This document shows positions 53,363 to 64,000 of a stretch of DNA of 64,000 bases, in pieces. The number at the start of each line of letters is the position of its first letter. The first letter of the stretch is position 1. Position numbers and translations under genes: made by a program. The DNA is from Octopus bimaculoides (Eukaryota). The stretch is from NCBI RefSeq assembly GCF_001194135.2, contig NC_068981.1:2516402-2580401 (forward strand), read 5' to 3'. The notes under the pieces were generated by a model, which made no database searches, was not told the DNA's origin, and was given only the letters and a program-made list of their open reading frames with translations.

Positions 53363-53521
53363 TTAGAATGTAACTGTAGAAGCAGTGATAAATAAATAAA
53401 TTCTTTATAAATGATATATCTTGAATGTAGCTGCATGGCTTATATCCCCACAAGTGGCTTTCTGCCTATTTTTAAATGCAAAATGCAAACAATATCAAAA
53501 GAATTAAAGAAAACCACATAC

Positions 53522-53651
53522 TTGAAACATGCATTTCTGTCAGCCAAAATATTGAGAATATTCTTCAACGGTTGTTTGGATAATTTCAAATCATTCTGAA
53601 TTATGGTATTATTTGGATGTTTAAGTTCTACTCTGACAGAAATTGTAGCAT
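53522..53651 (-). CDS. Gene B exon U5, phase 1-2: (N)ATISVRVELKHPNNTIIQNDLKLSKQPLKNILNILADRNACF
   Basis: Acceptor tttgtttatctctacttcag and donor AA|gtatgt; 130 bp; phases fit both neighbouring exons. Confidence 0.75.
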
Positions 53652-54086
53652 CTGAAGTAGAGATAAACAAATAAATAAAGGTAAATAAAACAAAAAATAT
53701 ATATATAAAGAAAACAATCTCATGCAACAACTTCCTTTCCCATCCCCACCCATCTGCATGTCTAAGCCATCCATGTTATCTTTTTAGGTCTACTCCAGTG
53801 GGTGTCCATGTAAGATTTTGTTAAAATTTATGTGCGATAACCTGGTCATCGTTGTATTTCAAGATGGTCATTTTTTGTTTTGTTTTTTCCTGCCAAATAA
53901 ACACACACACTATATATTCGTTCTTCACTCATTTATTACTGTTCTTATTCTAACTAATGTCCATTGTCCAGAAATCTTTCATCACACACCTGTGACTTCT
54001 TCAGCAACACTTTCCATTCTTTTCATTCTTCTGTGTGTTCTTTTATGATATGTATCCTTGTATGCGTATGCATCTGTATTTGTGTG

Positions 54087-54122
<36 letters not shown>

Positions 54123-55225
54123 ATTGTTCTTAGTAGTACTACAAACCTCCTCTCAACCCCATTCCTCCCCCATTGCTGCTGCTGCTGCCTTTGCCCCCGA
54201 ATTTTGGTACTGTTCCTGTGTCTCTCTGTTTCTGTGTTCGCCCATGCTGTTGCCATTGTGGTAGTTGTTGCTGTTTTTACCATTGTTGCTATTGTTGCTG
54301 TTGATCACATTGTTGATATTGCTGTGGCCATTTGTGAAGTTACAGTATCTGTGTTTGTGCGTGTATATGTGTGAGTAAACTGGTTATCCCTTTATCGTTA
54401 ACATTACTCTGTCAAATGTAATGTGTATTTATTTCTATCATTTTGAATTAATCATCTAATATCATGTAGTTTCAAGATTTCAATGACATGATTGTATATC
54501 TTTCGAATGACATTGTAGGGTAGGTGTGAGAAGCTGGATCTGGCTGGTTTGAACATAAAACATGTAGAATATTTTGGCCAGATATGATTGGAGTAAATAC
54601 TAAAGGGTTATACTTCTACAATACACAAAATATTTTAACAATTTTTGGTATAAATCCTAATGATATTTAATCATAAAAATATACTAGAAGCTTTTAGATG
54701 CCCCTGAATGAAATAGCAACCAAACGGTCAATAAACAACTAATAGTTGAGAACCATTTGTTTAGTCAGTCCCTGAATAGAAAGAATTTATACATACTCAT
54801 ATGTGTATAGTTATGAAACAAATGCCTTAACGGTACAGCTGTACTGACACCTATATGTATAGTGAAATCGTAGTTGTGGTCGATGCCAGTGCCACCTGAC
54901 TGGCACCCATGTTAGTGGCGCGTAAAAAGTACCATTTGAGTGTGGCTGATGCCAGTCCTACCTGCCTAGCTCTCGTGCCGGTGGCATTTAAAAATCACCA
55001 TTTGAGTGTGGCTGATGCCAGTACCATCTGAGTGGTACCCGTGTTGGTGGCATGTAAAAAGCACGCACTACACTCTTGAAGTGGTTATTGTGAGGAAGGG
55101 CATCCAACTGTAAAAACCTTGCCAAATCAGACTGGAGCCTGGTGCAGCTTCCCGGCTTGTCAGTCCTCAGTCAAACCATCCAGCATGGAAAGTGGACATT
55201 AAATGATGACAACAATGATGATGAA

Positions 55226-55269
<44 letters not shown>

Positions 55270-55410
55270 CACTATAATGTTAGAGAACTAAGGATTTGAG
55301 CTACACTTTTACTCCTCATGGAAACAACATAAATCTAATAAAGAAGTTAAAAATATTATGAGCATGTGAGTAAAAATTAATNNNNNNNNNNNNNNNNNNN
55401 NNNNNNNNNN

Positions 55411-55770
55411 GGGTTCAGTCCCACTGCGTGGCATCTTGGGCAAGTGCCTTCTACTATAGCCTCGGGCCGACCAATGCCTTGTGAGTGGATTTGGTAGACG
55501 GAAACTGAAAGAAGCCTGTCGTATATATGTATATATATATATGTATGTGTTTGTATGTCTGTGTTTGTCCCCCCAACATCGCTTGACAACCGATGCTGGT
55601 GTGTTTACGTCCCCGTAACTTAGCGGTTCGGCAAAAGAGACCGAAAGAATAAGTACTAGGCTTCCAAAGAATAAGTCCTGGGGTCGATTTGCTCGACTAA
55701 AGGCGGTGCTCCAGCATGGCCACAGTCAAAAGACTGAAACAAGTAAAAGAGTAAAAGAGTAAAAGAGTAA
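55411..55770 (+). mobile_element. SINE family A copy (young; head in gap)
   Basis: Near-identical to the reverse complement of 41885-42260. Confidence 0.85.
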
Positions 55771-56117
55771 TATATAAATAAACATATTATGTATTTAAAG
55801 TTAAAATCCAAGCTGCTTCATCTTGAAGCATGTCTGCTTATTCCAGTAGACGCTTCATCCAAATTTAATTTTGTATTATTTGATTCTCTGTTTGAAGAAT
55901 TTCTCATAGGAATTTTCTTACATGTTTATTATCCAACATGTACAATTTTGTAATTTCTGTTAGCAAATGAAACATGTATAATGGTGAATAAATAATACTA
56001 AAACATTTTTCCAACTTCCTGTTTTGATAAATAAATAAATATATATATAAATGCTTAATAAATAAATGTTGCATGAAGCGTTGTTGAATGAAACATAATT
56101 ATGTAAAATCATTTTTA

Positions 56118-56413
56118 ACAGGTTCAAATGTAATCGGACATGTTAAGACTAACCCTGCAGGAATAGTCTTGGGAGAAAATTCTCCTCTTAGACTTATGTA
56201 AATACACATCTTATTTTGGGCCGTGAGTGACACCATGAGATCATAGGACACTGGTATTTCTGTGTTGTTCTGCTTTGTCAGTTATGAAAACTAACTCAGT
56301 CACTCACGACCCAAAATAAAATGTGCTTTTGTAGAAGCCTCGTGGAGAATTTTCTTTTGGAAGTCTTCCTGTAGGGAAAGGATTTTATCATGTCCAATTA
56401 CATTTGAACATGT
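56118..56413. mobile_element. Foldback element with about 114-bp arms and a 67-bp spacer
   Basis: gttcaaatgtaatcggacatg, ccctgcaggaa...aaaattctcc and cacatcttattttgggccgtgagtgac each have an inverted partner. Confidence 0.8.
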
Positions 56414-56452
56414 CAAACATGAATACATAAATATATATAAATAAATACTTAC

Positions 56453-56477
56453 TTGATGCTGATGATGATGATGCATT
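56453..56477 (-). CDS. Gene B microexon U4, phase 0-1: NASSSSAS
   Basis: Acceptor cttcttcaattttccag and consensus donor CAA|gtaagt; 25 bp; bridges phase-0 U3 and phase-1 U5. Confidence 0.6.
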
Positions 56478-57486
56478 CTGGAAAATTGAAGAAGTACATT
56501 TTAAGCAAAGTAAAATAATTTATAAAGAGTTTTCAAAAAATTTTTAATGTTTATATTAATATTTTTTAAATATTAAATTTATTTAATGTAATCATACCAA
56601 GACACTAAATAATTATTGAGACTAAAGTATAGTAAGCAAGCTTTAAAAAATAGTCATTTTTATAAATCATATTAAATTCTTCTTTTTTCCTTTGGTATAG
56701 TTTGAATGGCATTTTACAAAGGCTTGTCCCATGTTTGGCAAAAAAAAAAAAAAAAAAAAAAAAAAAAGATCCAAATTATTTTAATTAAACAAAAGCTAAT
56801 TTTCCACATTGGTTCATCATCAGACAGATTTCTACTCACTGATGACATAATGTCCTCCCTCTAATCTCTCATCAACTGGCACAAAGCCCTTCTCCCACTA
56901 TTACCCCCCTCCTCCCAGCTGAAAGGGTTTTTGTCTTGCAGTTTACTTAGCAACCCTGTCAGTGCTAGTTCCATGTAATAAAGCACCAGTGCTGGTGCCA
57001 CATAAAAGGGAATGGTGCCAGGGTCACATAAAAAGCATCTCTGTGAAGTGGTTGGTGCTAAGAAGGGCATCCGGCCATAGAAACCATGCCAGGACAGAAA
57101 ATGGAGCCTAATGCTGTCCCCAGCCTTACCAACTCCTGTCATACTATCCAACCCATGACAACAGGGAAAATGAATGTTAAATGATGATGATGATGATGAT
57201 GTTCAAAATATGAGTGCTTAAACTCTTGATTTCTTTTGATAACATGGACACCTAAGGCTGTCAAGAAGAAAACACTAAATGGCACTTACACCAGAATTTG
57301 GCATAAGCCTAGCAATTTAAGTGGGAAGAAGTCAGTCAATTTACATCAACCCCAGTGCTTGACTGGTGCTTTATTTCATTGACCTCCTGCAAAGAACAGC
57401 AAGAAGCACTTTGTCTGATGCTAATAATCTTGCTAGTTCATCACTTCCCTTAAATAAAAAAAACAGAAGAAATCATTAATAAATAC

Positions 57487-57701
57487 CGATTGAGCTGCAT
57501 TATTTATTTCAATGTTAGATGGTCTCATTGCTTTTATTTTTAAAAGTTGTTTCAACCAATTGCTGTTTAGCGGATTCTTTGGCATCGGCTTATAAGGATA
57601 GGGTGCTTTTGGTGGATAAGATGGCTTCATAAAACTACCGTAAGGATGTACATGAGACTGGTAAGCTGAAGGTATTGGTACATATGGCATAGGTGGTTGT
57701 C
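57487..57701 (-). CDS. Gene B exon U3, phase 1-0: (R)QPPMPYVPIPSAYQSHVHPYGSFMKPSYPPKAPYPYKPMPKNPLNSNWLKQLLKIKAMRPSNIEINNAAQS
   Basis: Acceptor tttctttatctctctgtttcag; Pro/Tyr-rich open frame; donor TCG|gtattt is weaker but its phase fits U4. Confidence 0.7.
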
Positions 57702-57773
57702 CTGAAACAGAGAGATAAAGAAATTAGCAGATCATCAACAGAAGTAAAATTTATGTAAAAAATATATATATAT

Positions 57774-58150
57774 AGGCGCAGGAGTGGCTGTATTGTAAGA
57801 AGCTTGCTTCCCAACCACATGGTTTCAGGTTCAGTCCCACTGTGTGGCACTTTGGGCAAGCCTTGTGAGTCGATTTGGTAGATGGAAACTGGAAGAAGCC
57901 CATCATATATATATGTATATATTTATGTGTGTGTGTCTCTGTTTATCCCCCCCCCCACAACTGTTTGACCACCGATGCTGGTGTGTTTATGTCCCTGTAA
58001 CTTAGCGGTTTGGCAAAAGAGACCAACAGAATAAGTACTAGGCTTACAAAGAATAAGTCCTGGGGGTGATTTCTTTGACTAACACCCTTTAAGGTGGTGC
58101 TCCAGCATGGCCGCAGTCAAATGACTGAAACAAGTAAAGAATAAAAGAAT
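57774..58150 (+). mobile_element. SINE family A copy, near full length
   Basis: A/B-box head and (TAAAAGAA)n-like tail. Confidence 0.85.
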
Positions 58151-59265
58151 AAAAAAACCACACAACCACTGCAGGAATGGCTGTGAGGTTCAGAAGTTCA
58201 CTTTGAAACTATGTGTCCCTTTGGATAAGTGACTTAGACTGTAGCTCCAGCAAACCAATTTCATGAGAGGGAATTTGTTAGATGGCAACTGTGTGGAAAA
58301 ATGAAATGAAATAAATATTTCCTTCTCGAGCCACGCCAGGCTCACGAGAGCCATTTTCCTGGTTTCAATGGCATATGTAGCCCCCACTTGGAAAGATGCC
58401 AGTCTGTCGCAGGATTACTCTTTTAATTGTTTCAGTCATTTGATAAGAAGGACTTCATCTCTTACAAAACATCTTCTTCAGTTAAAACATTTCTCAATAT
58501 GAATGGTATGATAAAATTTACTCTTTATATATAGTCATGGGCAGTTTGAATCACCTACACGATGAAGAGATGACATAGCTAGAAGGGGTAGAAACATCTA
58601 TAGGAAGAGACTTATCTTACTAGACTTATTTTATTTAATTTATTTAATGTATTTTTTATTCAAGTTCGGATTTGTAGTGACCCCTGGTGGTCAAGCAGTA
58701 AAGCAAAATGAAAAAGGGATCTAACGAGAATAATCTCCCTCAACCTTCTCGAAAATTCTCAGATATTCTAGAAGCTCTCAATTAACATCCGGATGACATG
58801 GAAGTTAGGATCTTCCAGTTCATCCCTTATATAAAGCAAACACATTTCTAATTTCACGCTCCTTTTGCCTGTCAGTTCCTAGGCATACGCATTGAGCCAC
58901 GCCATTTGCACACACACACACACACACATGCACGCATATTCACCTTGTTAGCTTTGAGACATATGGTTGCAAAGTATGTTCATGTAATATGTTACAAGCC
59001 TTTTCTTTCAAACCATTCTTATATGTTAACGCATTACATCCAGTAATAAATATGTTATGACTTATGAACGTCTCACAAGCTCTTATTTTTCTTATCGTTT
59101 TACATACAAGATGGTGACCTCTCTTTCTCGCATGCAATTGTAAAATTGTAGGTTGTCACATACTGACATCTCTACATATTTGAATCTTCTAAACATGAAT
59201 ATACAATGAAAGTAATGCATTTCTACTATACTACTCAGAAATATTCACATAACCTCAATACTTAC

Positions 59266-59373
59266 TATAAGGAAAGCCAGGCTGCCCCGAAAGTGGAAAA
59301 CTTGGATAGCTGTATGGATAAGGATACCTTGGCATCACTGGTAATGGATAAACTGGATATACCGGTGGGTATA
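59266..59373 (-). CDS. Gene B exon U2, phase 1-1: (V)YPPVYPVYPLPVMPRYPYPYSYPSFPLSGQPGFPY
   Basis: Acceptor ttcttcttgaaatattgtag and consensus donor ATA|gtaagt; 108 bp; strongly Pro/Tyr biased. Confidence 0.8.
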
Positions 59374-59571
59374 CTACAATATTTCAAGAAGAAATGGTTA
59401 TAAATATGAAAATTAATGTTGAAGTGTATTTCGATTAACAAACAAACAGACAAAAGAACGACAATTGGTGAGGTTATTAAAGAAGAGACCATCAAACAAA
59501 CAGATTTTATACAACATTTATACTGCACTTCAAGTATTAAAAATTATAACTGAGAAAGATATGTATTTATC

Positions 59572-60245
59572 GATACCAGGGCCACTTGACTGGCTCCTGT
59601 GCCAGTGGCACGTAAAAAGCACTACCCGAATGTGATCAATGCCAGTGCTCCCTGAATGGCTCTTGTGCCGGTGGCATATAAAAAGCACTATCCAAACGTG
59701 ATCAATGCCGGTGCTCCCTGACTGGCTCCCATACCAGTGGCATGTAAAATGCACTATTTAGACATGATCAATGCCAGGGCCACCTGACTGGCTCCTGTGC
59801 CAGTGGCACGTAAAAACCAATACCCAAATGTGATCGATGCCAGGGCTGCTTGACTGGCTCCCGTTCCGGTGGCACATAAAAAGAACCATTCAAATGTGAT
59901 TGATGCCAGTACCCCCTGACTGGCTCCCATGCCGGTGGCACGTAAAAAGCACCATCCAAACGTGATTGATGCCAGTACTTCCTGACTGGCTCCTGTGCTG
60001 GTGGAATGTAAAAAGCACTACCAAATGTGATCGATGCCAGGGCCACCTGACTGGCTCCCGTTTCGGTGGTACATAAAAAACACCTACTACACACTCAGAG
60101 TAGTTGGCATTCGGAAGGACATCCAGCTGTAGAAACATTGCCAGATCAGATTGGATCCTGGTGCAGCCTTCTGGCTTGTCAGACCTCAGTCAAACCGTTC
60201 AATCCATACCATCATTGAAAACGGACGTTAAACGATGATGATGAT
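59572..60245 (+). mobile_element. RTE LINE 3'UTR with eight 66-bp tandem units
   Basis: Unit starts 59572, 59638, 59704, 59770, 59836, 59902, 59968, 60033; ends in the standard UTR and (GAT)n. Confidence 0.85.
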
Positions 60246-60562
60246 TGAATTGACAGAAAAAAGGATACAAATTCAATTTGAATTCAAAATCAAATATATT
60301 CACTTCAAACTTTTAGCAGTTGGATTTTTTTCTCTGAGTTCATTATATCCGAACTTTTAGATATTTGGTATTGACTGTGATATCAAAATGCATATAACAG
60401 CGAACACAATATATCAACATTGTTCTTGCTGCCATGAAGTTACACTTTTTATGAGATAATTACAGTTTATAAATACAATAATTTTTGAAACTTTGAATAA
60501 TCACAAAACTAACTTTTATCAAACAATGCCAGTTCACAGTGATTTTATGTGTGTATATGTCA

Positions 60563-60652
60563 GCTATCTCTGACGAGCGTATATTATATAACTGGTTTGT
60601 TGCCTAACACACCATTATATAATTTCACACGAAACCGATTGGTAAGACCAGC
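60563..60652 (+). ncRNA. Type I hammerhead-ribozyme-like motif with a complete core
   Basis: CTGACGA-G (60570-60577)...C-GAAA (60630-60634), stem III CC-GATT-GG, cleavage triplet GTA (60642-60644); stem II ATTATATAA/TTATATAAT. Confidence 0.55.
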
Positions 60653-60840
60653 CGTGATGGATAATTAACACAATAAAATTCAGACAATATCTATCTATCT
60701 ATCTATCTCTCTCTCTCTCTCTCTNNNNNNNNNNNNNNNNNNNNNNNNNNNNNNNNNNNNNNNNNNNNNNNNNNNNNNNNNNNNNNNNNNNNNNNNNNNN
60801 NNNNNNNNNNNNNNNNNNNNNNNNNNNNNNNNNNNNNNNN

Positions 60841-60885
<45 letters not shown>

Positions 60886-61013
60886 CAAGGATAATATAAC
60901 ACGAAGATAGAATTTAACAGGCTCAAGTAGTAGATCACAACACTTGTTTCTGCACCACAGCCATTGCAGTCACACACAGCTTTGCTGAGCCACAGTCAAC
61001 TGTTTAATAATTA

Positions 61014-61672
61014 CAAGGTGGCGTCAGACAGCTCCAGGACTTGTTATGTTTAATAAAAAATAACTTCTTTACCAAAGTTTTAACCTCATCTCCTTTGAAA
61101 TAGTCACCTTGCATAGCAATACACTGGTCGCAGTGTTCCTGCCACTTTTAGAATTTGGCCTGGAAGTCCTTTTCCATAAGTGAGTCAAAGTCCGTCTGAG
61201 ATTCACTCTTGATCTCAACAGCAGTGTTAAAACAGTGACCTTTGAAGTGCATTTTCATCTTGAGGAAGAGATCGAAGATTGCATGTGCTAAATCTGACAA
61301 ATAGGGCAAGTGCAGAAGTAACAACATGGTGTTTTTGGAGTAAAGCTGACAAATGAGGAGAGTTCAGCGACAGAGTGCATTGTCATGAAAAATCCAATTC
61401 TTCACGCTCCACAGACCCAGTCGCTTTCACCAGATGTCCTCCTTCAAACGCTTCAAAACCTCACAGTAGAACTCTCAATTGATGGTCTGGCCCTGGAGGG
61501 TGAATTCTTTATGCAAAATACCATGAGCATGCACTTGATTGTTCTGTGGCTAAGCTGTGCCTCCTTCAGTTGTGGAGATGAAGGGCTCTTCCATTGTGAT
61601 GACTGCTCCTCTGTCTCAGGGTTGTACCCATAGACCCAACTCTCATTATTGGTGATGAACCTCGACATGAAG
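61014..61672 (-). mobile_element. mariner transposase pseudogene (3' half) with one TIR-like end
   Basis: ITNNESWVYGYNPETEEQSSQWKSPSSP (cf. TGDESW), decayed HDNA and YSPDLAP regions, GDYFKGD end; TA|caaggtgg terminus. Confidence 0.85.
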
Positions 61673-61677
61673 GATAA

Positions 61678-62052
61678 GCTAGTGTTAGGAACATAAATTG
61701 AGACTCAGGTTTGGTGGAAGATTTTAATTCAGAACTTATGAAAACAAGACACTTGTACTACAGAGCCAGAGACAGTTTCAGCCGGGTTAGTTTCAAAAGG
61801 GTTAAGAATTGTTTCTCTATTATATATTTTAACCCTTTCGTTACTATATTTCTGTTGAGATGCTCTGTGTTTCTTTCAATTATTTTGACTATAACAAAGA
61901 ATTTAGTAAAATAACTTAGTTATCATTAAGCTAGTGTTAGGAACACAAATTGTGACTAAGGTTTGATGGAAGATTTTAATTCAAAACTTATGAAAACAAG
62001 ACATTTGTATTCAGAACCAGAGCCGGTTTCAGCCGGGTTAGTAACAAAAGAT
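61678..62052. mobile_element. piggyBac-like MITE dimer, inverted relative to 43575-43970
   Basis: Partial copy ending AAAAGGG|TTAA at 61801, the same 31-nt spacer, full copy 61833-62052. Confidence 0.8.
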
Positions 62053-62071
62053 TTAAACTTTGAATTCAAAC

Positions 62072-62116
62072 CTGGTGTGGGTCTCCATTCAGGTTCACTT
62101 TTCGGAAAGTATGATC
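62072..62116 (-). CDS. Gene B exon U1, phase 1-1: (G)SYFPKSEPEWRPTP; upstream exons lie beyond the window
   Basis: Very strong acceptor ttttctgtttttgttttacag; 45 bp; ends CCA G|gtttga (weak donor); start resembles gene A exons E6/E7. Confidence 0.6.
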
Positions 62117-63018
62117 CTGTAAAACAAAAACAGAAAATAATCAACTAGTTATTAATAAACACAAGGTGATAAATTATTGAGTGTTACTGTTCATTCTGAT
62201 CTTATGTGGGTTTTTATATGTGTGTGTGTATCATCATTGTCATCATCGTCATCATCATCATTTTAATATCTACTTTTACATGCTTTCAGGAGTTAGATGA
62301 AATTTGATGAAGAATTTTCTGAAGTTTGATGTCCTTCCTGTTGTTAGCTCTCTCCTGTTTCCGGACATGTTTTCACGGAAGATTGGAAATGAAGTTACAT
62401 CACTTGCATGACTATGACACACCTTTACAACATTCTTGTCTTGAAGTCAAAACAAAGAGACACACACACGTGCATACATATATATATATTTATATGTATA
62501 CACAGGGTGCCATGGATAAATTTCACGTGTCACTGGCATGGGTGCCATTTACATGACACCGGTATCTGCCATGACTGTGATTTTACTTGGCTTCATGGGT
62601 CTTCGTCTCAATCATAACATAATGCCAAAGATCTCGGTCATTGCCTTCATGAGACTGAACACTCGAAAGGAGCTCAGCCACTTTGTCTTTGTGAGGCCCA
62701 ACGCTCAAAAGGTGCTTTTTACATGCCACCAGCATGGGTGTTAGTTATGTCACACCAACATCAGCCACGACTATGATTTCACTTGGCTTCATGCACATCA
62801 CATCACCAAAGGTCTCGCTCACTAGTCATTGCCTCCATGATATGTGTGTGTGTGTGTGTGTGTGTATAAATAGACAAATTATTATTTCTAAGTCTCTGAA
62901 TGAGAAACATGTTCATTTGCCACTTAAAGTGGCAGTCGTGGTTAGGACAAATGTTACTGCTATTTAGACCCAGGAAAACATCTTCACCAGCTAGCTATCG
63001 ACACACTAAATGTGTCCT

Positions 63019-63099
63019 TATACTTTCAAACAAGGGAGATACAGTCCCAACACAGCTCAAAGTTAAGTGGGGGCACTAGCTCCCTTGTTTGAAAATATA
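63019..63099. repeat. Short inverted repeat / mini-MITE
   Basis: tttcaaacaagggag pairs with ctcccttgtttgaaa. Confidence 0.55.
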
Positions 63100-63104
63100 A
63101 AGAC

Positions 63105-63780
63105 GTCCCGTGCCAGTGCCGCCTGACTGGCTCCCATGCTGGTGGCACGTAAAAAGCACCATTCAAGCGTGGTCGTTGCCAGTGCTGCCTGACTGACTCC
63201 CATGCTGGTGGCACATAAAAAGCACCGTTCAAGCATGGTCATTGCCAGTGGCATGTAAAAGCACCATTCAAGCGTAATCAATGCCAGTGCCACCTGACTG
63301 GCCCTCTTGCTGGTGGCACATATAAAGCATCTACTACACTCTCGGAGTGGTTGGCGTTAGGAAGGGCATCCAGCTGTAGAAACTGTGGAAAAATAGCAAA
63401 GTACATACATAGAATATCATCATCATTGTCGTCGTCGTTTAACATCCGCTTTCCATGCTGGCATGGGTTGGATAGTTTCACTGAGGACTGGTGAGCCAGA
63501 TGGCTGCACCAGGCTCCAATCTAATCTGGCAGAGTTTCTACAGCTGGATGCCCTTCCTAACGCCAACCACTGCAAGAGTGTAGTGGGTGCTTTTACATGC
63601 CATTGGCAAGAGGGACAGTCAGGTGTTTCTGGCAACAACCACACTCAAAAGGTGTTTTTTATGTGCTACCTGCATGGGAACCTGTCTGGCGGCACTGGCA
63701 ACGACCATACTCAAATGTTGCTTTTCATATGCCACTGGCACATGTGCCAGTAAGGTGACGTTGGCAACGATCACATTCGA
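63105..63780. mobile_element. Two tail-to-tail RTE 3'UTR copies (+ 63105-63390, - 63415-63780)
   Basis: Both contain the aagggcatccagctgtagaaac core in opposite orientations. Confidence 0.75.
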
Positions 63781-63829
63781 ATGGTTACAACACTTAGCTG
63801 CTTCTAATTCATATTTAAGTACAAGCATG

Positions 63830-63970
63830 ATTGTGCGGTGAGGAAGCTTGATTCCCAACCACATGGTTCTGTGTACAGTCCCACTGCGTGGCACCTTGGG
63901 CAAGTGTCTTCTGCTATAGTCTTGGGCAGACCAAAGCCTTGTGATTGGATTTGGTAGGCGGAAGTTACTG
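63830..63970 (+). mobile_element. SINE family A, 5' half
   Basis: aaccacatggttc...cagtcccactgcgtggcaccttgggcaagtg. Confidence 0.75.
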
Positions 63971-64000
63971 TCGTGTGTGTAAGGGCTTGTACCTCCTATA

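Noticed and set aside
36229-53651. Single-gene model splicing U5 (phase 2) directly to E1
   Set aside because: Frame-possible, but U6 and U7 complete a coherent domain with a stop, and E1 has its own ATG and candidate promoter.
58640-58836. Alternative terminal exon (RVTTNPNLNKKYIK*) and TATA-like element
   Set aside because: U2 joins better to the Pro/Tyr-rich U3; TATA-like words are common in this composition.
59206-59403. Plus-strand 65-aa ORF
   Set aside because: Antisense shadow of exon U2.
59572-60100. Regular 66-bp array resembling CRISPR
   Set aside because: Units are contiguous degenerate repeats with no unique spacers, lie inside an RTE 3'UTR, and there are no cas genes in this eukaryotic DNA.

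Overview
AT-rich, microsatellite-dense eukaryotic draft-assembly DNA with N-gaps. The repeat content suggests a coleoid cephalopod, probably Octopus (inference). Most of the window is decayed repeats: tRNA-head SINEs, RTE, R4/Dong-like and Penelope-like retroelements, mariner remnants and MITEs. Most ORF-track entries are microsatellite or gap artefacts. Reading the minus strand for splice signals gave two head-to-tail multi-exon gene models that the ORF track largely misses. Gene B (exons 62116 to stop at 45864; 5' end beyond the window) encodes a Pro/Tyr-rich region, a Ser-rich 25-nt microexon and a sequon-rich C-terminal domain resembling the transcobalamin beta / DUF4430 domain. Gene A (candidate TATA 40360-40367, ATG 36268, continuing past base 1) encodes a probable secreted protein with small Cys-bearing phase-1 exons, at least 23 (F/S/Y)PPxN-type pentapeptides and duplicated Pro/Tyr exons. 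The two genes share an exon module and may be tandem paralogs. Also found: three hammerhead-ribozyme-like motifs, a Merlin-like MITE with an 8-bp TSD carrying a captured coding fragment, an RT-less in-frame-deleted RTE, and a dimeric piggyBac-like MITE present twice. All gene models and family assignments are manual and need RNA-seq and HMM confirmation.
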